A DNA stretch of 64,000 bases from the NCBI RefSeq assembly GCF_009914755.1, contig NC_060930.1; one strand, given 5' to 3'. Below, piece after piece: positions 1-13,391 of this stretch. The DNA is from the human T2T-CHM13v2.0 reference genome, Homo sapiens. The notes under the pieces were generated by a model, which saw only the letters and a program-made list of their open reading frames with translations, did not search any database and was not told where the DNA came from. Position numbers and translations under genes: made by a program. Numbering within the stretch: position 1 is the stretch's first letter; each line of letters opens with the position of its first letter.

Positions 1-270
1 TTGCATCGGCCGCCCCCGACGCCTCCATCCCCGCTTGGGGCCCGATATCCGTGCGGCCGGGACCCTCCTCTCTCCAGAGCCCCGATTATTTTTGGCCCCC
101 GGGGCCTGTGCGGTGCGGAAAAATAAAAAGAAAAGAGAGAGAGGGGGCTCGGAAGCGCCGGGCGGGGAGGAGAGAAGGAGGAGAGACTTGGAAACTCCGA
201 CTGCAAATAATAAAGAAATTGAAAACAATACATTAATATACCATAACACTAAAAAGAGCAGGAGCGAGAG
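1..270 (+). other. E2F3: 5' UTR portion of E2F3 exon 1a
   Basis: Directly upstream of ATG 271, no upstream ATG seen. The TSS cannot be fixed from sequence. Confidence 0.7.
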
Positions 271-663
271 ATGAGAAAGGGAATCCAGCCCGCTCTGGAG
301 CAGTACCTGGTGACCGCCGGGGGTGGGGAGGGGGCGGCTGTCGTCGCCGCCGCCGCTGCAGCCTCCATGGACAAAAGGGCACTGCTAGCCAGCCCCGGCT
401 TCGCCGCCGCCGCCGCCGCTGCCGCCGCCCCGGGCGCGTACATCCAGATCCTCACCACGAACACTTCCACCACCTCCTGTTCCTCCTCCCTCCAAAGCGG
501 CGCCGTAGCCGCCGGCCCCCTCCTCCCCAGTGCCCCCGGCGCGGAGCAGACCGCCGGCAGCCTCCTCTACACCACGCCGCACGGACCCTCCAGCAGAGCC
601 GGGCTGCTGCAGCAGCCACCAGCGCTGGGACGCGGCGGCAGCGGCGGCGGCGGCGGCCCTCCG
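271..663 (+). CDS. E2F3: E2F3 exon 1a coding part (E2F3a N-terminus, 131 codons), phase-0 donor; continues in exon 2 outside the window
   Basis: Translation [44 protein letters not shown]...GGGGGPP is the E2F3a N-terminus. CCG|GTAATA donor at 663/664. The ORF-track extension to 816 is intron read-through. Confidence 0.97.
345..429 (+). repeat. GCC/GCN repeats encoding two poly-Ala tracts
   Basis: gccgccgccgctgcagcc and (gcc)5gct(gcc)3 in exon 1a. Confidence 0.9.
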
Positions 664-887
664 GTAATACCCTCCCTCCCCACCGTCCCCAGCCCCGGCG
701 GGAGGTGGGCTCGCACCGCGCGGGGTCGTGGGCGCGCTGCGGGCCGCTCGGGGAGAGCACTGGGCCGAGCATCGTGGGCCTCGGGGGCTGCCCCTCCAAC
801 GAGGGTTCATTGTTAGACCTGAGTGCTCTTCCCGGCGCCAGGAGGGTCGGGGGGCTCGGCCAGGCGCGCGGGGCGGCGGGGATTGCC

Positions 888-927
888 TTGGCGCGAACCA
901 CATCAAACACTCCAAAACTTTTCGCGG
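888..927. promoter_or_regulatory. Candidate E2F binding sites between exons 1a and 1b
   Basis: TTGGCGCGAA (888-897, core of the DHFR-type overlapping E2F site) and TTTCGCGG (920-927). Confidence 0.5.
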
Positions 928-1439
928 CCCCCCCTTCTTTTCCTGCACTTTTCCCTACCCCCACTCTCCCTTCCCCTCCAACTCGAAGCTTCCTCTTTCT
1001 CGGGCGTAGGAAGGGGTCACGCCCCGGATGGAGAAGGGGGTGGGGGAGGGAGTAGTGAACTGGGGTGTGGGGGGCTCTGAGGGGTTGAAACCGGGGGACT
1101 GTTGGGGTGCTAGCCCCCAGTCGGCCTTGGAGGCTCGTTGGCGGCCGGGGGTCCCTGCGGCGTGCTCGGAGCGCAGGGGATCGGCGGGGCTGCGCTTGAC
1201 ACATTTTAGGATCTGTAACTCCCGGCAACAAAGGGGCTGGGGGAGGTGGAGGGGAGTCGGGCGTGGGGGAGGTGGGGCTGGAAGCCGGGTGCGGACTGGG
1301 GCGTGGGCTGTCTGGGGTGAGGGGCTCGCGGGCTGGCGCTCTGGCCTGGGCGCATCCTGGCAGTGGCAGCGGCGGCGCCCGCGTGGCCCAAGCGCCCAGG
1401 CCTTCCTCGCCGGGCCCCGGGCCTGCCCTTGACCCGCCT

Positions 1440-1852
1440 CTCCCCTTGCCCCTTCCTTCCCCGCCCTGTCCCCCTCTCCGCCCCCCGGCGACGGAGGGCG
1501 GGGGCAGCTGGGTTCCCGTCCCGCCGCCTGGGTCTGTCCCTCTCTCCGGGACCCGCCGGTGACGTTTCGCACACGTGCGCGCAGGACGCGCCTGTGACTG
1601 GGGAGGAGGCGGCGGCGGGAGGGGGCGCTGGAGGGGGAGAGGGGGGCACCCACTTCCTCCTGCTCGCCGGCTCCCTGGCCTGGGACGGTCCCGGCGCCCT
1701 CGCACCCGCCCCCGGCACCGCCACCCTCCCTCTCCTCTCCCCACCCCCCCACCGGCGCCCGCCCTCGCCCTGCGCCGCCGGTCTGTTCGGCCCTCCGGGC
1801 CCCCTCTCCAGCCGGCCCCCCACCTCCCCCCGGAGCCAGGCTGGTTTCGGAA
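1440..1852 (+). promoter_or_regulatory. E2F3b internal promoter / 5' UTR
   Basis: TATA-less, GC boxes, TGACGT (1560-1565), E-box CACGTG (1572-1577), ETS core CACTTCC (1651-1657), just upstream of the exon 1b ATG. Confidence 0.65.
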
Positions 1853-1870
1853 ATGCCCTTACAGCAGCAG
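1853..1870 (+). CDS. E2F3: E2F3 alternative first exon 1b coding part (E2F3b, MPLQQQ)
   Basis: ATG CCC TTA CAG CAG CAG|GTTAGT is the known unique 6-aa N-terminus of E2F3b, followed by a phase-0 donor at 1871 (same phase as exon 1a). Confidence 0.93.
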
Positions 1871-3383
1871 GTTAGTGACCGGGACGGCTCGGGGGCCGCC
1901 GACGCCGCGGGGGCACCGGATTCTGTTGGGGGCTGAAGCGGTGAGGGTAGGCGGTTGAGCGGGGTTTTGGAGTGGGAACGGGGGGTTGGGTGCTCGAGGG
2001 AAATGAGTAAGCAAGAAAAATCTAACTAAGTAAATGCCCCGGCCTCCGGTTCTAGGAACCTCGGGGCGGGAGTGTCTGCCCCAGGGGGTGGGTATGGTGT
2101 TTACGTGGATTTTTTTTCTAGGGGGCGGATGGATGGGCGATAGAAAACCGGAGGGGGGCTTCTCGCCAATGGCCGAGTTGAGCTCTGTTTTCTGTCTTCC
2201 TTCCCTTGTGCTGGAGGGGGAGGGGGGCGGGTCAGAGGGTAGGGTGTCTGTAGGATTCCCAGGCCACCCGCCACCCCCTCCCTTTGTCCCTGTAATTTAT
2301 AAAGCGCCTTTGAGAGATGATTTAGGTCAGTATGCGGCTTCTCTTTTTGTTGGTACTAGAAAGAAGTGTGGCCCGGAGGTCTCCCCTTTCTCCTTTTCTC
2401 TCCTTCATTCCCTTCCTCCATGCCTCCGGGTCTTCACCCTCGTGGTGAGGCTTGGCCTCCACGGGGCTAGAACCGAACCAGACTCAGTTAGATCCATGGT
2501 AGCCTGATTATACCAGGCGTGGACCTCACCTTGTCTCAGCTCCAAATGGGTTTAATTTTTGGAGAATCAAGATTTTGCGGGAGTCTTTAAGAAAGTCAGC
2601 ACATAGGCAGCACTTTGGGAAATGGGATGGGTTTGGGAATAATGAGGCGTTTTTTATTTCTTTCCTGTTCCCAGTTTCTCCCCGGGTTCGGTCTTAACTG
2701 CTTTCCAGCCCCAGAGATACTTGCTGGGCATGTGTGATGTAGTCTTAGTCAAAGAAGCTCATCGTTTTTTAGTGACTAGGGTCTGCCAGCAGGGGGGAAA
2801 CGGAGCACAGTACCTGCTTAGACATAACAGTATCCGGTGTGCTGGGTTTTCAGTCGCAAGAATATTCCATGCTTTTATTAGCTTCAGATACTCTTACTGA
2901 CTTGACCTAAGCATGTTTGGACATATTTTAAGCATATTTGACCCCTGCACAGTTCTGTTACTATTTCATAAACCTAACCTTAAACAACCAGCTATTGACA
3001 TACTTCTTGGATTAGATTCACAGATTTGCAGGGGGTAGTTTTGATAATGGGAAATTATGAGAGCTTCAAGTTGATTTTTAAAAAATTTTAACAGTGTTTG
3101 TTGGGCCAGGTCCCTAAGACTATCTTTCAAGCCAGGTTTATTATATCTAGTTCATTGTATTTAAGTATTTAAAGTATACTAAATTACCCTCACCATCTTC
3201 CAAGTTATTTCAAAACTTTATTCTCCTTGACATGAAATTATTATTCCAGGAATAATAATATCCTTTTGAGTTTATGTGCACACAAAAGGTTTTTCATTAC
3301 AGGAATATAAATGTTACTCATATACATATTCAGAAGCATTTTTTATGTGATTGCAATGTATGCTGAATCATTGGTTATCTGCA

Positions 3384-3547
3384 TTTTTTTTTTTTTTTTT
3401 TGAGACGGAGTCTCATTCTGTCGCCCAGGCTGGAGTGCAATGGCACGATCTCGGCTCACTGCAACCTCCGCCTCCCGAGTTCAAGCATTCTCCTGCCTCA
3501 GCCTCCTGAGTAGCTGAGATTACAGGCGTGAGCCACCACGCCTGGCC
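3384..3547 (-). mobile_element. Monomer-length Alu (internally collapsed)
   Basis: Poly-T tail, right-arm body, left-arm-type 5' end; TSD ggttatctgcattttt / ggttatctacactttt. Confidence 0.88.
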
Positions 3548-3579
3548 GGTTATCTACACTTTTAAGAGCTATTTCTACT

Positions 3580-3900
<321 letters not shown>

Positions 3901-4279
3901 CTAGTCAATGCATACAAAGTCTTAAGCACTGAATATAAAGTTTGATTTATTGTTTTTCTTATCGAAATTATATTAGACTTCCATGTAAGTCTTCGAATTT
4001 TGAATTTTGTTGATATTCTTTCCCTAAGCAGGAAAGACAGGATGGGGAAAGCTAAGTGATTGGCTGAACAAAGACCACCTAAACACTCTGTGTCCAAGAA
4101 GAGGTTGAAAAGTCTTCAGGTGGCCAGAGTTGCAGACCTATCTGGTTCTGATCCCAAGTTCTGTCTCAAGAATATCTAAGGACTTAACCAGAAGCAACTT
4201 CTTCACCTTTTTTTCAATGGGGGTAAAAATATGAGTACTACCTTACCAGCTGTAAAGCATCTATTATTTACAAATTGTA

Positions 4280-4445
4280 TGTTCATTGGCAAATAACTTA
4301 ATCTCTCAACTCAGTTTCTTCCTCTGTAACATAGGGACAAAAACAGTGTCACCTTTAAGGTTCTTTTGAAGAGTTAAATATGATAATGCATGTGAACTAT
4401 TTAGCACAGTGCCTGGCAAAAAGTAGACACCCAGTACAATTCATA
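4280..4445. mobile_element. MIR fragment
   Basis: ctcagtttcttcctctgtaa...agcacagtgcctggca MIR core. Confidence 0.65.
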
Positions 4446-7400
4446 TTTATTATACAAATGTTAATTTTTTTCTGACTTAGTGAAATAGTGTAAGGCCAGG
4501 TGCACATTGTCCCTTTGTTTACATATATGAAGAGAACTGTTAAAAGTCTTTAAGTGATCTGTAATTAATTATTTATGCCCAATTAATTTGGGCTTTTAAA
4601 TATATAAAACATGGCCATCCTAGGGGTAAAATAGGGACATTTCAGTAAGACACGCCTATATAGAGATAGTGGTGTTGAACTGCCAAGCATATGCCTTGAA
4701 TTGTGACAATTCAAGGCCACATCATCCTCACTTTTTTGCCTGAGTTCCACTCCGTCCATGATTCCACAGACCTGCCAACTTTTGGGTGCAGTTTATGCTT
4801 AGCGGCTTTTGTTAGACCTGAACTCTCAATCTTCACCATGTCAGAGACATGCATTAGACAAATTCCATCTTAGTTGGTGAACTGTTGGAAATGTAAGAAC
4901 TCCAGAGAAACCATAGTCAGAAGTGCTACTCAATGGAGCAGACAAGGCTTCATCATTTTCTGCTGCTGCTTCTAAAAAGAAGCTGAAATTATTTTATTCT
5001 AGAAAATTTGGGATTTAATAATGTAAGAGACTATGTCCTGTCACAGTCATAGCAACCTACTGATTCTACTTTGGGAAAGAGCCCTCAGTGCTTGAAATTT
5101 TCATCTAAGAATGGAGAACCATAGGTGCTATTTCAGCAGGGTCTCTTTTCCTGTACAATTATAAAAAGAAAAGTGCCGGGTTCCTGTGGTTCTATACTCA
5201 ATAATCTTGCTTCTGCTGAGATATATGGTTGATGCCAAGTTTAAGCTGGGAGACAATTTTTAGTCACTACATACCCCAAAATGGAAGTTTTAATATAATG
5301 CAGTGCCCAGACTTGGGCACTACAGGTAGCTCCACTATAATCAGTACCAAGGGCGCCACTCTAATCATCCTCTGAAACAAAGCACCCTTAAATATGGCAC
5401 TGTGGGCTGAAGAACTCCACCTTGTGAACAGGAAAGGATTTTTTGTTTTTCTATAAATCGCCACCTTGTGTATTACTTGGAAGAATGGATTCTGAGATTA
5501 ATGTTATACTGTGTAAAGCTAACTTGAAAACAGAAAATAATACTCTAAGCCTAGACGTGCATAAATAACATTACCTGGAGATTGACAGACGGGGTGAAAG
5601 CTTTTATTGTGGTTTCTCAGAAATATATAAAGCAGTAGTTTTCCTTTAACTCTTCTGTCTTTAATGCCATCTGCAAAGATATATCATCCATACCTTTAAC
5701 CTCTTTCCTAGGGATTTGGACCCATTTGGCAAATAGCTTCAAGTACTCATAGTTAATTTTCTGGCTGGTTTTCCTAAGTTAACCTGATTTTACAAATATT
5801 CCATTTGTAGGACCAGTTTACATCTACTTTCCCAAGCTAGCCAACTTCAATTCCCTTTTAGTCATCTACTTCCTACTAACAGCTGTAACTAGGATGAGTC
5901 AAAATCAATTGCCTATGCTCACCAGATCCCTGATAAATTCCCATGAAGCCACCTGAAAGGTGGTAAAAGCAAGGTAAAACGTGGTGAAAGCAAGGTAAAG
6001 AAGGTAGATTTCACAATTTTGTTTTTTAAAAAGGGGAATCTTCCCTGAATTCTTTGAGGTACTAAGTACGTGGTTTAATGCATATTTTCATTCTTGTTAG
6101 CAGTTTAAAAATAATGTTTCAGAGACTGTATTCACGATTGCTAAAAAGCATTTTTTCTACTAATCATTGTTCATGGGACTTAACAATGGAAGATAACTGG
6201 GAAAGCAGTAAATATAGGAAACCACTAATAGTGTCTCCTTCTTCCTACCCTGACCCTCTCTTTGGCTTCAGAAAGTGACGAGGAAAATGTATCTTTCACA
6301 AAGAAAAGTTATACCACAGAAGGTACTAAAAAGCAACAACTGCCTTTGGGGACAGGAAACTTACAGAGTGGGGATTATTATAGAGGGATAACATACCGAG
6401 TTTCTATTTCAATAAGAGGGAAATTGGTTTATATTCTGTTCACACTTGTTTCAAACCCTCTCCTCTAAAAGCAATGTGTTTTTGGAATTCAAGGAATGTA
6501 CGTTCTTTCCCCAACCTTAACTGGGGGTCAGTCTTATGGCCACCATATTTGTCTACAATATAACTTTTAAAAAATATAATTTTTGCCCTCAAATACTCTC
6601 CTATCCAATGCAATGTAACTTTGAAGGAGAAGTGATGAAGGCCACTGGTTGCCAGATTGTATCACACAGCCAGATGCACTTTGCTTTGATGAAGAATCTA
6701 AGTGATGCAGGCCCCCACTTAGCTTTGTAAACTAAGGCAGGGGTTTATGTCAGCTCGAGGTAGAAAGCAGTGAGAATTGGCAGCTGATGGAATAGAAAGG
6801 GGACAAAAAGAATAAAAAATAATTGACTTTAGTCTGCTTTCCATTACCGTAGCCCAACTCTCTGGGGCCATTTGTGTGGTCTAGACAACATTCTTAGAAC
6901 TTGACAGTCCCTGAGAACGATATTCTAGGTTGGCATGGGCAATAGTTGGCATTTACACTGGTCTTGGAATCATAACATTTGAGAAGTGTAAGGCACAAGA
7001 GTCCTCATCTGCCCAATCCCCTTCATGTTGCAGGTGAGGAAATTCAGGCCCAGTGCTGTTAAATTACTTGCCCAAGGTCACAGGTCTTTGCTAGTGGCAA
7101 AGCCAAAACCGAAACGGGAGACTCTTGAATTCTTAGAAGCCTCATTCACCAAGAGAAGGTTAACTGTGTCTCATGAACCCTATATGGGAAAATTGGGGTG
7201 TGTAGGACACATTTTAGATTTCCTTCAGGAGTGGTTACCTTTTTTAAAAATGCGCACATAAAGAAGTGTCCTTTAAACAGTTGGCTGTGGGGGTAATGAC
7301 TTATTCCCAAAGATACAAAATAAGCAAGGCTACTTTGGATGTTAAATGAAAGGGAATTATTTAAAAAAGGAAAGAATGACTCTTCAAAACGTGATAGTAA

Positions 7401-8379
7401 TATTTTTAAAGATTTATTTGATATTCGCAAATTTGTCTTCTGTGGTTATATCAATTCTGTTGCTCAAAAAGTGACACATGCTTCATAGAGAATAGAATCT
7501 AAAAGGATTTTTGAGACTTTCTTGGGGAGAAGGACACACAGTGCCCCTCTGGTAGTAACGGAGTTTTGTCCTGGGCCACCCACATCCTGAGTGACTGTCA
7601 TGCTTTCAGAGGTCCCCAGCCCTTGCCCAGTAACATTGAACAAGGTGTTCTTCCTCTGTGGTTAGCTCCAAGATTTCTGGTTTAGCAAAGTGGCTAATCA
7701 GTTAACTCTTTAAGAGGAAATTGTCATTCCTTTAGCCAACGCTAATTTCCTTAAAATGCCTTCTTTTCCTTTTTGGAACTGAGAAAGCTTAAAAATAGAA
7801 TTGCTTCAAGCCCTGAGGCCTGAAAGTGAAACATAATCTAACGTGGCTGTAGTGCACTGACTCGTTAGGGGCAGCGATATATGGCTTATCTGTAATCCAC
7901 AAACCAGAAAGGTGCCCAGTGTAGATACGGTCTAACAGCCAGTGAGCATTAAGTACCAACTGATGAGAGTAGTAATCAGTGAAGCTGATTTCCTCTGGAA
8001 AGTTTTTTGGCGAGTAGAGTTTGTCTTAGAGAGTGGAGGATTTGAATGCCTCTTGACTTTCTGCTGAGGAGAGCTTCTGCCTGCTCTAGTTTTTATGATC
8101 CTGAAGGGTGGTAGCTCTGGACTCTGAGAATGATGGGCAGTGAACTCAGGGTCTGTATATTTCGTTCCACTCTGCTCTTCCCCATTTCTGATGCTTTGGG
8201 GGCTCCATTTCTGATACATAACCAGAGCAGCATCCCTGAGGCCCACACTATCTCCTGTGTGCCTTTCTGCATCTGGCAGTCCCTTGGAGAGAAGGAGGCT
8301 CATGTGTTTATAACCTGCACCCTGTCCTAAAAGGCATAGTGAGGGGCAGCTGAGTATAAGGTCAGGCCACTTAGCCTGG

Positions 8380-8590
8380 AGCCAGAGTGCCTGTGTTCTT
8401 GTTCTGGCTCTGCTCACTAGCCCTGTGACTTTGGGCAAGAAACTTGGCCTCTATGTTTTCATTTCCTCATCTGTAAATTGGGAGGAATGATAGTACCTAC
8501 CTTATGGGGTTAGGAAGTTGCAATGAGTTCTTATTTGTAAAGTGCTTAGACCAGTGTCTGGCACGTAGGAAGGATTATGTGTTAAGTAGA
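8380..8590. mobile_element. MIR
   Basis: tgtgactttgggcaag...tttcctcatctgtaaattggg...gtaaagtgcttag. Confidence 0.75.
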
Positions 8591-8602
8591 AACATGGTAT
8601 AA

Positions 8603-8971
<369 letters not shown>

Positions 8972-10279
8972 TAACTAGCCCTTAGTGTTCATTTCACCCC
9001 ATTGCACCTCTCTAAAAATGGTGATGATGGGAAGGAGAAGTAAACCGTGGAATGGCTCTCGCCTAATGCAGTCTTTAGGGTCTAGGGTCTTTGTATTTCT
9101 TTATAAGCTGCCCATTGACTTGGGAAAAAGAACTGAAGAATAAGCTTCTTGTAGTAGTGCTATCAGTAGTGATAGTGTCATGAATAAAACCTTTATTTCT
9201 GTGATTAAATGTATTAATAAAGTGACACTACTAGCATGAATGACACTATTAACATAATTTCAATCCTGTACAGTAAACCATGGCTTAAGACTGAATGGCA
9301 AGAATCAGGGTGTCTGAGCTGCTGGGCCCTGCCAGACTCGGAGCCCCTGCCAGTGTGTGTATATCAAGGCAGGGCGGGGGGTTGTCTTGCTCTCCAGAGG
9401 CAATGGAACCTGCCTCTAGGCCTCCCTTTTCCCTTCTCATCTCCTCACCCCTCCTTTTTTATGTTAGATCTATTCCTACCCCTTCCCCTTCGCCTTGCCC
9501 TCTGCCTGGCTCTTAGAAGGAAGCAGACTTGCCACCTTCAGTGGCTGCTTCCCGGACTTACCAAATTAATTACCACCTTTTCCTGCCATCAAGGGATGGT
9601 GAAATCTTGCCTTTTCGGTCTTGCTTCCCATTCCTCTGCACTCGGCTGCTGCGACAGTGTGGTGCTGCAGGCACCGCAGATTTCCCTCTGGTGTGTTTGC
9701 TCGTAGCTTCTCCCTCTCCACCTTACTCCTTTTGTTGCCCTCCTCCCACTGGCCCATTGAGGCCCACATCAAGGGAAGGCGTAGGCACAGCCTCCCCCAG
9801 TTTCCCAGGGGCTTGGGCCTCTCCCTTCCCTTGGGTTACTGCTTCTTTCCTGTAACACCTCATGGTCTGCCTCGTAGCCTAATCTTGCATGTTCATGACT
9901 TACTCCTCCTCCAAACCTGTAAGCTCCAAGAAATCGGTCTGGCTTGCTTTTTCATCATGTGGTCCCTGCAGTGCCCACTACACTATAGGCTCAGCTACCT
10001 GAGAAGAGGCATTTTCATTAGACACCTTCCATGTGCTTGGTACCCCATTAGTCCTATTGGGGATACAAAAGAAGTATGAGGTGTGATCCGCCCACTCTTG
10101 AGTTTACAGTCTGTTGAGGAGACAAGCTTTAAACACAAGTTGATCTGCAAGCAAGACTAAACAGGCGGTAGGGAGAAAACAAGACTCATCTAGTCCTCAG
10201 TTGTGTGGTGTCGACAGAAAGTGCCAGAGGAACAGGTGAGAGTCACCAGACTCCAGCTGGGCCGTGAGATGGGGAGGCC

Positions 10280-10445
10280 ACGGTTGTCAATCTTGGAGTA
10301 CATTAGGGCACACATGTGAATCTCCCAGGGCGCTTTTTAAAAATACTGATACCTAGGCCCCACCCAGACCAATCAGAATGTCTAGAGGTGAGATTAAGAC
10401 ATGGATTTTTTTTCTTTTTTTAATGTGCTCAGTTGGAACCACTGG
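10280..10445. mobile_element. MER5-family hAT-Charlie MITE
   Basis: ttttaaaaatactgatacctaggccccacccagaccaatcagaat...ggaaccactg. Confidence 0.55.
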
Positions 10446-10929
10446 GCTTGGTGGAAAGGGAAGATTGGGGAGGCCCTTTCTGGCGGGGAGACATAAGTCA
10501 AAGGCAGGCAGGCAGAAAGATTGGCGTCAGGAGGCAGCATTTGGACTAGAGTCATCAGTATGGGGAGATAACAGGACCGAAGGTTGGATGTGTTGGCAAA
10601 ACTGATCTAGAATTGGAGTTGCCTTTCTACAAGGGCTGGGCGGGGAGTAGATTGGGGGTGGGAAGTTTGAGTGGTGTGGGGATTGTTCACGAATAAAGAA
10701 GAAACGTACTATCAAAAGGGGGCCTTGGGACCTGGTCACAGGCAGTGGGTGCCAGAGGGGATGGCAGGCCTTGTGTTTTGCCAGGTCTTCAACCTTCTCA
10801 AAATGCCAGAAATCTACCAGTTTTAAAATGTTGGCTGAATTTAAAAGGAAATTGCGCAGGCCAAACAAAATAGGTCTCTAGGCCAGATTTGGCTTAAGGG
10901 CTGCCACTCAGCAGTCTCTGGTCTATGGG

Positions 10930-11160
10930 ATAATAATAGCTAATGTTTATCGAGTGCCCGCATGTATCGAGGGCACTAAACTAAGTGCTTTACTCGCATT
11001 AGCACATTATCCACATAACAACCTATGAAGTGGGTATTATTATCATCCTTGTTCTACACAGGGAAGCAGACAGCCAGGGGTTAATGGCCTGGCTCTGGGC
11101 CCCATTAATAAGTGGGGCAACTGAAATTAAACCCAAGGAGCCTGGCTCCATAGTCTCAGC
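10930..11160. mobile_element. MIR
   Basis: aataatagctaatgtttatcgagtgc...acaacctatgaagtgggtattattatc. Confidence 0.7.
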
Positions 11161-13391
11161 TTATTCCTAGTATTTATCCTCTGTGGTCTCTGGCATTGTA
11201 TTAAGTAGTAAAAATCCAAGATACCTGTCAAAAAGAAATAATCCAGTGTTTTTCAAGTTTACCTGATTGCCTGTAGCACTTGTTACAGATTCAGATTCCC
11301 AGGCTCCATCCCTATCCTCTGTCAGAAGCCCTAAGATCTTCTGATGAAACATTCTGGAAGCACGGCTAGTTGAGCACAGGGAAAAGTTACTGAAACTAGA
11401 TTGTCCAGGTGAAGGCAGGAGCCTTCTGCCACATCCATTCACATAATGCTTATCTCAGCTCTTCCTCGTTTGGAAAGACCCCAGGGCCCCAAGCCTCATA
11501 CCTGCTCTCGTGGTTCCAAAACTTGCGGACTCCCAGGTTGTAGCCCAGGCAAACCATACAAAGATGGGTCTCCCAAAACTTAAAAGATGTGAAACAAGAA
11601 GTGGTTTCTTGGATTCTCAAGCGGTTGAGAATCCGAGCTCAGGAGGTCAAAGTGGGCTTGGTGGCTAGACGCCAGGCACCAGCACCAGCTGGGTACCCTT
11701 GAGTGGTTTTTCTGCCTTAACAGTAGGAAGGCTTTTCATTCTGTCTGGTCTGGACCTGCCTGAAACACAGCTAACCAAGTGGACAGAGCGAGAAATGTGA
11801 ATACGAGGACCAGAGCACACCATTTAGAGTACGGGCGCTATTGAGTTGATGAGTCTGGAAGCAGGATGGCAACAATGATGGTGTGAAAAGGCAGGTGGAA
11901 GTGAAGGGCAGATTAAGGGAGAAAAGAAATACAAGACCTTTGACTCCCAAATATTTAACTCCAGGGGCTGGAAGAATGGGTGAGGCCAAGCTTCTCCTCT
12001 GTCTGGGGTGTGCACTGTGTGGAAGGCATGATTAGTCAGAATGGATGGGGTGGTTGTGAGTGACTCCATGGGCCATCCCGTTTTCTGAGGGGCTAAGGCT
12101 GAGCACCGGAAGTGGGACTTTGGCATAGAGGTTATAGTGGAAGTCTTGATGAACAATAGCAGGCCAAGACCTGGTCTCCCTAGCTTACAAATAAAAGAAA
12201 TTTAACATGGTGCCACAAAAACCTTTCATCATTTTCACTTCTTCCTCTGTAATATGAAAACGAGACAAATTCATCAGGTTGATTTTTGGGGATCGATGCT
12301 GTCAGGGCTCGCAGAGACGAGCCATCAGATGTTATTTATTACATGCTTTACCCCGTCTCCTAGCTGCTGTGAGAAAGCCCACAGTTTGCAACCTCACAAA
12401 GCAAAGAGCCAGCTGGAAAGTACTGTGCATCCAGACAGGTCACATAGTCATGTCCTGAACCAAGATAGCTCTTTTTGCCATGATTTCCTACGCTCTCTGA
12501 TTTTTCTCATTAAAAAAAAAAAATCTTGAATTTATTTTCTTAAGCTCTAGCATTCTAAAGTTTAAACATATGAGCCTTTGAATACTCCTGTCTAGGAAAG
12601 AGCTGTGTAAATTCTAAGTATCTCTGTAATTGACTTTTGATATGTTACTTGTGTTTAAACCCAATTTGCAACACCCCTTTTGTTGGCTAATTTTGTCGCT
12701 ATGTTGGGTAGCAGAACTTGTGACGATCACACTAATAACATAAAGTTTCCCACCTTTCTTGTTGCTGTTTTCCTTGTTAGCATCTCAGACTTCCCAATTC
12801 TGGGAATAGTCTCTAGGAGGCAAGGTTTTCAGCTTTGGAAATGCATGCGTGACACAGTGGTGTGGTATGGAAGGCGTGTGGACTTGAAGATCCGGCTCCA
12901 GAAACACGCTCTGCCAATTACCGTGTGTGACCTTTTATAAATTACATCCATGAGCTGTAGTTACCTAAAATAGTGATCCTCTCTCCTTCACTGGCTGGAA
13001 GGATTAAATGAGATAGTGTTTATAGGAAATGTACTTTGTGTTCCTTAGTTGCCTCCCCCCGCCACTCCCCGTGGTAGGAACTCTTGAGTACTTGTCAAAT
13101 CTGAACTCTCGGCATTTTTACCTCCTTCAGGGAAAACTATTGGACAGGCTCTTACTGAACACCCGCTTTTGTGCAGAATGCACTTCCTGATACTCTGGGA
13201 GTTTCAGAGGCTACTAAGGTGTCCTTCTGGCCCTCAAGGAGTTCATCTGGAGACAGGGAGACGACACATTTTCTTCAATAACTAAGAAAAGAAAGGGCAA
13301 TGAAGACCATAAGGAAATAACAGTGAAGTTTCTTAGGCATCCAAACTTGATGGAGGGGACAAAGGAGGCTTCAGGAAGTTTTAAACTAGAA

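Larger units (their letters stand above)
1..2480. promoter_or_regulatory. CpG island spanning exons 1a/1b and the E2F3b promoter
   Basis: Very high GC and CpG density falling off after ~2.5 kb. Confidence 0.92.

Noticed and set aside
664-816. C-terminal 50 aa of the 181-aa ORF
   Set aside because: Read-through past the exon 1a splice donor.
452-1744. 430-aa antisense ORF and the other long ORFs across the CpG island
   Set aside because: Low-complexity G/P/R/A translations, expected from stop-codon scarcity in very GC-rich DNA; no recognisable domains.
5955-6008. ~21-bp tandem duplication (gtggt(a/g)aaagcaaggtaaa x2)
   Set aside because: Ordinary slippage duplication with no further structure.
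7540-7556. CTCF-like motif
   Set aside because: Mismatches at core positions; not supportable.
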